Part shown: piece by piece, positions 38,501 through 44,619 of the stretch
How positions within the stretch are numbered: position 1 is the stretch's first letter
Layout: every line of letters begins with the position of its first letter
Source of the DNA: an uncultured Clostridia bacterium
GTDB taxonomy: Bacteria > Bacillota > Clostridia > Christensenellales > Borkfalkiaceae
NCBI GenBank assembly: GCA_947631195.1
Contig: CANRKK010000008.1
Span: 1,052 to 65,051, forward strand
Reading direction: 5' to 3'
DNA length: 64,000 nt
The notes under the pieces: model-generated
The model's input: only the letters and a program-made list of their open reading frames with translations
Database searches by the model: none
Told to the model about the DNA's origin: nothing
Made by a program: the position numbers and the translations under genes

Positions 38501-38658
38501 GAAACGGGGTCGTCGCTGTTCGCCTTGGTGTTGCACAGATTGTTTATTTTAGACGCTATAACCTTGGGGTCGGTCTCGTTTAAATCGATTTTGAAGGCGT
38601 TGTAGTAGTTAAAACCGATATCCGCCAATTCTTCGGGTGTACGAACGTTAGATGCCAT
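35527..38658 (-). CDS. 1043-aa multidomain protein: degenerate J-like segment, double zinc ribbon, coiled coil, C-terminal Fn3/Ig-like beta-sandwich array
   Basis: aa 178-250 NLYDLLDLPITADLKTIQDRLKSY..GRAQYQKYL resembles J-domain helices, but no HPD motif is visible. aa 323-371 CPYPDCGK..CPHCGK..CWNCQ..CPKC. aa about 545 onward PPQAPQNVRCRVTDDGKVNVQWDG..ISYTVVRK is Fn3-like. Confidence 0.6.
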   Translation of the reverse strand: MASNVRTPEELADIGFNYYNAFKIDLNETDPKVIASKINNLCNTKANSDDPVSVRLGKDLKKDAIEVLANDSTYDESSGTYRPNSGGRAREAALYKKLKMEPIIQFLVSLCERGIIYKSEVRQVADKNKMSVDEIEAGLKNLLTKGVKYVDDTQNRFDFHTYNEIEKYLKGLGDSKITNLYDLLDLPITADLKTIQDRLKSYMQRDAAKTSLKKGVGPSLKQLYGCAETIFKEEGNSGKPGRAQYQKYLQIKDAVYFPLKARSDNGIVVIRAEEYLKYFELIVKNTGCSLEVAEEDLGAMLNALNLKLSSDASIGAKMQIELCPYPDCGKPYIVTQNITVCPHCGKPLTVLCWNCQNPIRYGAGARVCPKCSMTDKMQPVFQKQVNELGNLFKNPRTPLPTLKTALNNLKSTVPGYEKMPTSEVAKKIAFYDKEVATKEKAEESMLKQYREMIAEVDKLIVIKQLNKAEAKVREIATALPGYNADDIESYKNKIKAGLSKSAQYLESAKRTQDVGQIINFAAKALEECADNLEAQQLIKKYPPQAPQNVRCRVTDDGKVNVQWDGKADGMISYTVVRKAGSVPKSPADGTPMVKGLTINYFEDNNPGAAVNYYYGVFAERFGVQTAVVACNSPVVVLLNVSNYKQEMTEGKIHVKWSSPSNVKRIDVLKAAGSAPAENGAAFHGANADGFEDGGCDAAGNSYFVRCVYDIDGKEVFSSGIQMFFKPFYFPKAVEGLKVGQLPGGVCEATGKNIEKNAQFWCSPERLPIPLKKVEKIEVFSKNKGNAKLLSAYDNGNGAYGFSLPANFTGYVYAVNVNEQLFNASDPVFMSSIKGISNVKYTEDNGTLKITCSLDSVITELVVHVSNKEFADAPDRPGDTFNFPADKLKRDGEISLKLRADTVSYVTLFGKIKGVSSSEIAMCAPVQLPDPIDYRKKQIVKYALEYEPSPAKPFAVTIKFEADAEVDLPDFVLVKGNPRPLNKNVGEMVERVSGVQLKKGMFSHGKYVGKATVKVPPMGKMFKLAMFIADGAAANVQMKEVINL

Positions 38659-38673
38659 AACTATACTCCAAAA

Positions 38674-40731
38674 TTAAATTTCCTTTGCTATATTTCCCGC
38701 TATATCGCCAAACGCTTTGGCAAGATTGTTTATGTCTATCATCTGCGCGCAGCCGGGGGAGGCTATGCGGCTGAGGAAGTCGTAGTCCGCGTCGCCCACG
38801 CCAACCGCGTATATGAGCACGCCGTCCGACTTGAGCTCCTCCGCCTCGCGGATGGCGACGTCCGACTTTTCCCAGCAGCCGTCCGTGAGGACTATCGCCG
38901 CCTTTATAGTGTTGCCGCCGCTGAACTCCCTGCCGTACTTTTTAAACAGCCGCTCGCCGTTGGTGCCGTAGCCGCAAACGCCGTCCACCTGCACCTTCTT
39001 TATGGCGCGCTGCACCGCGCTGTACTTGTTTGTTATCCCGCACACAAGCTCGTTGGTCTTTGCAAACCGCACGATGCCCACCGACGTGTTTGAAAAATCG
39101 CAGGTGGATATAAACCGCTCCATCGCGCGCTGGGCCTCCTCTATGGGCCCGTCGTCCATACTGCCCGACACGTCCACTATCAAGAGTGCCTCTATCTTGC
39201 GGTTCTTCATCTCTTCGCGCTCGGCCTTGAGGCGGGCTATAATCTCGTCGAGGCTCTCGGAGAGCTTTTCCTGTATCACTTTGAGCGCCCTGCCCGAGCT
39301 GTCCTTTGCGGTGACTTCCACTATGCCGTTCTGGTTGTAGAGGAAGGACACCGAGAACACGTTCTTCTGCCCGCTCACAAGTCCCGTAACCGTGTATTTG
39401 TAGAGCAGCGAGCACTCGAAGGGGTCCTCCGTTTCGCCCTGCAGCACGTACACTTCGCAGCGGTCGCTCCGCACCTCGTACTTTTTGTCCTTGGCCACGC
39501 CTATCTTGCTGTTTTTGGCAAGTATTATACTGTTTATGTAGTCCGTTTCGCTGTCGTTTAAGGTGAGCATGCCGAGGCTGTGCGCCGTGATGTCCTCTAT
39601 GTCGGCGCCGCGTATCGTCAGTCCTCCCCTCGCGCCCGCGGCGGCAGCCCCGCCGAGGGTGAGCGAGCTGGCCGTGCAGAGTTCAGCCTGCATCGCCGCG
39701 CCCGAAGCTACAATCGTGTCCACGTTGATGTTTTTGGTCACGGGTTCCTTGCCGTAGGACTTGACTATCATGTTTTTGACCTGCGGCATTCTCGTGGACC
39801 CGCCGACGAGCACCACCTCGTCTATATTCTTCCAGCCGAAGCCGGGAATGGTCTTGCGCAGGTCCGCAAAGCACTTGTCTATAAGCATCGTCGTCTGGTT
39901 CAAAAGGCTGAGGGTCTTTTCCTCAAACTCCTGCCGCGTGATGGTGTACTTTCCCACGAAGCCGCTGCACCGCACCACTACCGTAGTTTCGCTCATGGCG
40001 GTCAGCTTTTTCTTGGCTTCCTCGCACTGGACCTGAAGTTCGGCCGCCTCCTCGGGCATGCCGTTTATATCTATGTTGTATTCTTCTTCGAATTTGTTTG
40101 CAAAGTAATTGAACAGTATGCTGTCCCAGTTTTTGCCGCCGAGCGTATGGTCGCCGTTCGTAGTCAGAACCTTGACGTGCGTGCCGTCTATCGCGGCTAT
40201 CGTAACGTCGAACGTTCCGCCGCCCAAATCGTAGACCATGGCGTTCTTTTTGCCCTGCCCCGTTAGGCCGTAGGCTATTATCGCCGCCGTCGGCTCGTTT
40301 ATAATTTTCAGCACGTTGAAGCCCGCGCGCTTGCCGGCGTTCAAAGTTGCCGTGCGCCTCGGCTCGTCGAAGTAGGCGGGCACCGTTATTACCGCACCGT
40401 CTATCTTTACGCCGTTTGCGCTCTCTATGTCCCTCTTGAGTTCACGGAGGAAAAGTGCAGAGATGTCCTCTGCACTGTATTCTTTGCCGTCGATGTAGAA
40501 GGAATAATCCTCCCCCATCATATTCTTATAAAAAGCCACGCTGTTGCAGTTGCCCTGCGACATCATATTTTTGGCTTCGTTGCCTATGTAAACTCTTCCG
40601 TCTTCGACGCAGGTGACCGAGGGGGTTATCTTTTCGTCCTCGCCGTTCTTTAAAACGACTACTTCCCCCAACTTTTTATCGAAGTAAGCAACCGCAGAAT
40701 AGGTTGTTCCCAAATCAATTCCAACGTTCAT
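38674..40731 (-). CDS. Hsp70-family ATPase fused to a C-terminal von Willebrand A (vWA) domain
   Basis: 685 aa. Hsp70 NBD motifs VGIDLGTTYSAVA, YDLGGGTFDV, LVGGSTRMPQV, and an SBD-beta-like segment. Then LLIVDVSGSMDDGPIEEAQ (MIDAS DxSGS) ..IVLTDG..IYAVGVG, which is a vWA fold signature. Confidence 0.85.
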   Translation of the reverse strand: MNVGIDLGTTYSAVAYFDKKLGEVVVLKNGEDEKITPSVTCVEDGRVYIGNEAKNMMSQGNCNSVAFYKNMMGEDYSFYIDGKEYSAEDISALFLRELKRDIESANGVKIDGAVITVPAYFDEPRRTATLNAGKRAGFNVLKIINEPTAAIIAYGLTGQGKKNAMVYDLGGGTFDVTIAAIDGTHVKVLTTNGDHTLGGKNWDSILFNYFANKFEEEYNIDINGMPEEAAELQVQCEEAKKKLTAMSETTVVVRCSGFVGKYTITRQEFEEKTLSLLNQTTMLIDKCFADLRKTIPGFGWKNIDEVVLVGGSTRMPQVKNMIVKSYGKEPVTKNINVDTIVASGAAMQAELCTASSLTLGGAAAAGARGGLTIRGADIEDITAHSLGMLTLNDSETDYINSIILAKNSKIGVAKDKKYEVRSDRCEVYVLQGETEDPFECSLLYKYTVTGLVSGQKNVFSVSFLYNQNGIVEVTAKDSSGRALKVIQEKLSESLDEIIARLKAEREEMKNRKIEALLIVDVSGSMDDGPIEEAQRAMERFISTCDFSNTSVGIVRFAKTNELVCGITNKYSAVQRAIKKVQVDGVCGYGTNGERLFKKYGREFSGGNTIKAAIVLTDGCWEKSDVAIREAEELKSDGVLIYAVGVGDADYDFLSRIASPGCAQMIDINNLAKAFGDIAGNIAKEI

Positions 40732-40871
40732 ATCTGTTCCCGGATACCGCCCCTTGCGGGCGCCATCTTATATATTTGTATATATTATTTGCGAATACTA
40801 TTCGCTTTTTTATGCGGAACGGCCGCCCAAGGAGTTTCCTCCCCGGGCGCGTTCCGTAGTTTTCAGTTATT

Positions 40872-42473
40872 TTACTGTTGCAGCTTGAGCGAGCTCTCCA
40901 TGCCCACCATGTTGGTGTCGTTGCCCAGACGAACGGGAGTAACTTTCTGCTTGGGACCGCCGTTTACCGAAAGTTCTACTTCCAGCGTGCCGTCCTGGTC
41001 CATTACGAAGGTAACCTCCAAAGGAGTGCCCTTGGGTACGGGGTTGGGGAACTGTATGGTGGAGTCCTCATACATCTTGGTGCCCTCTTCCTCGGGGCAG
41101 CTCTCCTCGACGCTGTTGTTCTCGAGTATCTCGATGAGCGCCGCGCTCTGGTTGTTGACGCTTGCCGAGAAGTTGCGGCTTACGGCGCAGGGCTTTTCGG
41201 TATCCTTGAGGATTATGTTGCTCAGAATTCTCTGGTTGTTTTCGTCGTACGCGATGAGGCCGTAGCTCTTGGTGCACTTTACCTTAACCACGAAGTCTCT
41301 GCCCTGGGGATCGGTGAACTCCGTCGCGCCGCCCAAAGAGAGTTCGGACGAACCGCCGCCCGCAGAGGAGCCGCTGCCGTCGCTCGTCTTGGTGGTCGCA
41401 TAGTTTGCAAAACTTGCCATAAGGGCCGCGCCCATCGCAACTGCCTTGTCGGGCTCAAACGAGGAGATGGGCTTGCCGTATTCGGCCTCGAGACGGGCCT
41501 TTACCTGAGGCATTCTGGTGGAACCGCCGACGAGGATTATCTCGTCTATGTCGTTCATGCTCATGTTCTTCGCGTTGAGCATGTTGTCAATGAGGCTTAT
41601 CGTCTGGTTGAGTTTGCTCTCGGTTATCTCGTCAAACTTCTCCCTCGTGATTTCGATTCTCTCTTTCTGGCCGTCGTAGTTTACGGTCATGGTCGCGCTC
41701 TCCTTGGAGGTGAGGAGCTTCTTGGTCTTTTCGGTGTTCTCGCTGAACATCTGGATACATTCGGGATCGCACGCCATTTCGTCGGGGTCGCAGCCCGTTC
41801 TGCTGCAGAATTCCTGCGTGATGTATTCGGTCAGTTTAGCGTCCCAGTCCTTGCCGCCGAGCAGGTGGTCGCCGCCCGTGGTTATAACTTCCATCTCGCG
41901 CTTGTCGCCGACGAAGTTCAGCTTCATGACCGTGCTGTCGAACGTGCCGCCGCCGAGGTCGTAGATAAGGATGGTCTTGTTCATGTCCTCCTGCTTGGAA
42001 TAGCCGTACGCCAGCGCGGCCGCCGTGGGCTCGTCGAGTATCTGCAACACGTTCAGGCCCGCCTTTTCCGCCGCAAGCCTCGTCGCCGCTCTCGCGTGGT
42101 CGCCGAAGTATGCGGGGCAGGTAACTATCGCGCCGTCGATGTCGTCGCCCAACTTATCCTTTGCGTCTCTCACGAGCTTCTCGAGAATGTATCTCGATAT
42201 AGCCGCGGGGGAATAGTCCGTGCCGTCAACGTTGAGGGTGTAGTCGGGGTCGCCCATGTAGTTCTTTACGCGCTCAACTATACATTCGGGCTGCAAACCG
42301 CCCTCCTGCCGAGCCGTGGAACCAACCACCACTTCGCCGCCGCTGATAAATACAACCGACGGGGTTGTCTGCTCCCCCTCAGAGTTGTCTATTATCTGCA
42401 CTCTGCCCGTCTCGTCAACGTACGCTACGCACGAATACGTTGTTCCCAAGTCAATGCCTATCTTCTTTCCCAT
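40872..42473 (-). CDS. Hsp70-family ATPase lacking the helical lid
   Basis: 533 aa. IGIDLGTTYSCVA, YDLGGGTFDS, LVGGSTRMPQV. C-terminal SBD-beta-like region of about 150 aa ending ..PLEVTFVMDQDGTLEVELS.. with no lid or EEVD tail. Confidence 0.85.
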   Translation of the reverse strand: MGKKIGIDLGTTYSCVAYVDETGRVQIIDNSEGEQTTPSVVFISGGEVVVGSTARQEGGLQPECIVERVKNYMGDPDYTLNVDGTDYSPAAISRYILEKLVRDAKDKLGDDIDGAIVTCPAYFGDHARAATRLAAEKAGLNVLQILDEPTAAALAYGYSKQEDMNKTILIYDLGGGTFDSTVMKLNFVGDKREMEVITTGGDHLLGGKDWDAKLTEYITQEFCSRTGCDPDEMACDPECIQMFSENTEKTKKLLTSKESATMTVNYDGQKERIEITREKFDEITESKLNQTISLIDNMLNAKNMSMNDIDEIILVGGSTRMPQVKARLEAEYGKPISSFEPDKAVAMGAALMASFANYATTKTSDGSGSSAGGGSSELSLGGATEFTDPQGRDFVVKVKCTKSYGLIAYDENNQRILSNIILKDTEKPCAVSRNFSASVNNQSAALIEILENNSVEESCPEEEGTKMYEDSTIQFPNPVPKGTPLEVTFVMDQDGTLEVELSVNGGPKQKVTPVRLGNDTNMVGMESSLKLQQ

Positions 42474-42505
42474 AATTGTCTCCTTAAAAATTTATATAAT
42501 TTTTT

Positions 42506-43492
42506 TTATTTTTTGAATTTATACACTTCCGTTTTCTGCAGGAAAATCACTTTCCCCTCGAAAACGTATGCGTCGGTGAGTTTTGCCGCTATCTTTCTGT
42601 CGAGCGCGGGGTCGTCCGTCTCCACGGCCTTTAACAGCCTGTGCTGGGAGGTGTTGAACTCGTCGTCGGTAACCAGCACGTCGCAGCCCATAAGGGAGAG
42701 GGCCGCCTCCAATTCATTCACGGCGTGCGTCAAAATTTCGGCATAGAGTTGCTTTGCGTCCCCTTCGCCGTCCACAGACCCGAGCTTGCCGCCGACATAC
42801 TCCTTTAACCCCTCCATCTTTTTGAGGACGGGATATATGTACAGCAACTTGTTGTCGGCGTCTATCGACCCGCTCGCCTTTGCAAGCGCAAGGCAGGCCG
42901 CGTCGAGCGTCTCGTTGTTTTTCAGCTCCTCCATTATCTCCGCGTGATAACGCCCGAGCAGTTCTTCGAGGGTGGGGGCGGGCGCTTCGGCCTGTTCCCC
43001 GCTCTCTGCGGCGGGCTCCTCTTCGGCTGCCGCCTCTCCGGGCGCGCTGTCGGTCACGGCAACTTCGCCGTCGGCAACTTCGGCGGGCTCCTCTTTTTCG
43101 CTCTGCCCGTATGTAAGGGGTTCCGAAAGGCTGTGCCCGTTGTAAACCCAGCCGCCGTCCTCCTCCGAAACGCCGTTTTGCAGCATCATCTCGGTGAAGT
43201 CCTCGAGAAGATATCCGAGGTTCTTTTTAACCTTTTCGGCGTCGTAGTCATACTTGGCCGTGTTGGCAAGATCCTTTTTCAAGTCCTCCCTGAACGCTAT
43301 GACGGCAAGCGCGAAGGGCTTGAACGCCCACGCGGTGAAGCCGTCGCGGTAGTGCTGCAGGTCCTTGCCGAGCTGGGCGATTATATCGTCCTTGGACTTG
43401 GTGTACCTCAATAGCTGTTTGATCTTGTTGAAGTACTCCTCTAAGAGCCGAGCCTCAACATTTTCGCCTGTTACGTTTTTTTCTTCTTCCAT
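42506..43492 (-). CDS. GrpE-like nucleotide-exchange-factor candidate with acidic low-complexity insert
   Basis: 328 aa, first gene of the cluster, GGAGG RBS. C-terminus ..DDEFNTSQHRLLKAVETDDPALDRKIAAKLTDAYVFEGKVIFLQKTEVYKF resembles the GrpE beta-domain (FDP..HeAv..GY..g.v.R.a.V.V). Acidic linker EKEEPAEVADGE..AAAEEEPAAESGEQAE. Confidence 0.5.
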   Translation of the reverse strand: MEEEKNVTGENVEARLLEEYFNKIKQLLRYTKSKDDIIAQLGKDLQHYRDGFTAWAFKPFALAVIAFREDLKKDLANTAKYDYDAEKVKKNLGYLLEDFTEMMLQNGVSEEDGGWVYNGHSLSEPLTYGQSEKEEPAEVADGEVAVTDSAPGEAAAEEEPAAESGEQAEAPAPTLEELLGRYHAEIMEELKNNETLDAACLALAKASGSIDADNKLLYIYPVLKKMEGLKEYVGGKLGSVDGEGDAKQLYAEILTHAVNELEAALSLMGCDVLVTDDEFNTSQHRLLKAVETDDPALDRKIAAKLTDAYVFEGKVIFLQKTEVYKFKK

Positions 43493-43804
43493 AAGACCTC
43501 CCGGGGTGATTTTGGCTTAGCGGCGGGGTTCCGCACACTATTATATACTTGCCGGCCGCGGGGACGAAACTTTAAAGTCCCCGTCATGCAACCGAAGTAT
43601 ATCAAACAAAGTGCTAAAAAAGTGCTAAAATAAGCCCCGCCGTCCGAAAAAATTTATAAATTTTTCGGCGTTTTATCGCGCGTTTTCGCTTATTTTTGGA
43701 ATTTATGCCCATTACGGGCATTTTTTTACAAAAAAACGCACCCCCCCCCCGCCGTTTTTTGCGAATGGGAGCGCTTTTGTACAAAATTGCCCTAAGGCTT
43801 TTTT

Positions 43805-43833
43805 ATTATATAATAAAACCCGCGCGTTGTCAA
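43805..43833 (-). promoter_or_regulatory. Consensus sigma-A-type promoter upstream of the Hsp70/GTPase cluster
   Basis: Minus strand TTGACA (43833-43828), 17-nt spacer, TATAAT (43810-43805). This would give a leader of about 300 nt before ATG 43492. Confidence 0.45.
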
Positions 43834-43864
43834 CCCCGCCGCAAAAAATTTTGCAGGTACGTCC

Positions 43865-44404
43865 CTACAGAAGCCTGACGAGGGCCGTGTTTTCGGTGAG
43901 GGCCTGCCAGAAATCGCACAGGGGTATGCCCTTTATGCGGCAGATTATGGCGGCGTTCATTGCGCCGTGGCCCACGACGAGCACGCTCTTGCCGCTATTT
44001 GAGAGGGGCAGGGCTATTTCTTCCATAAATTCGCCCGTCCTCAAAAACAGGCTTTCGAGGCTCTCCGCGCCGCCGTCGGGCAGGTAGTTTTGCGGGCTTT
44101 CGAACAGCGTCTGCATGCGCGGGGGCAGCTCGTCCGCGCGGCAGCCCTCGTATATCCCGAAGCCCATTTCGGCAAGGCGGGCATCGCAAATTACGGGGGT
44201 ACGTCCCCCCAAAAATATGCGGGCGGTCTCCTCCGCGCGGGAGAGAGGGGAACAGTAGCACGCGTCAAAAGGAATGTCCGCGTACTTTTTCGCGGCCTCC
44301 TCCGCCGCCCTTCTTCCCTCGTCACCGAGCGGGATATCCGTTTGCCCCTGCAGCCTTCTTTGCTCGTTCCATTTTGTTTTTCCGTGGCGCATTATGTACA
44401 GCAT
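43865..44404 (-). CDS. Histidine phosphatase family protein (phosphoglycerate-mutase-like)
   Basis: MLYIMRHGKTKWNEQRRLQGQTDIPL (RHG motif) and VVGHGAM. Start at ATG 44404, preceded by AAAGGAAGG. The track start 44434 adds 10 aa. Confidence 0.8.
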   Translation of the reverse strand: MLYIMRHGKTKWNEQRRLQGQTDIPLGDEGRRAAEEAAKKYADIPFDACYCSPLSRAEETARIFLGGRTPVICDARLAEMGFGIYEGCRADELPPRMQTLFESPQNYLPDGGAESLESLFLRTGEFMEEIALPLSNSGKSVLVVGHGAMNAAIICRIKGIPLCDFWQALTENTALVRLL

Positions 44405-44619
44405 ATCCAAACACCTTCCTTTCGCATTATACACCCCCCCGCCCCCTTAAATCAACATCTTCGGCAAAAAATAATGAAAAACTCAACATATATCGCCATT
44501 AGGCCGCTTTCGCGCGCCCGCCCCGGCGGGTTAAAAAGGCGCGGGCGGGCATATAAAACCCTTGCAATCGCGCGGCGCGTATGGTATAATCGGTATATAT
44601 ATTCAAAAAAAATCAAAGG

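Noticed and set aside
40791-40811. Hairpin gcgaat-act-attcgc followed by T6, considered as a terminator between the two Hsp70 genes
   Set aside because: The T-run follows the hairpin only on the plus strand, whereas the genes are transcribed on the minus strand. The stem is also short (6 bp, AT-rich).
38674-42473. Annotating the two Hsp70 genes as the housekeeping dnaK
   Set aside because: Both lack the helical lid and C-terminal tail, and one is fused to vWA. There is no hrcA and no canonical dnaJ with HPD and a Gly/Phe region. They are also embedded among GTPase and membrane genes, so they are specialised paralogues.
40878-42746. 622-aa plus-strand ORF (the longest plus-strand ORF in the region)
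   Set aside because: It is exactly antisense to the Hsp70 gene 40872..42473, which has textbook motifs. Its translation is an Arg/Ala/Val/Gly-rich low-information sequence typical of the antisense frame of high-GC genes, and no motif was recognised.
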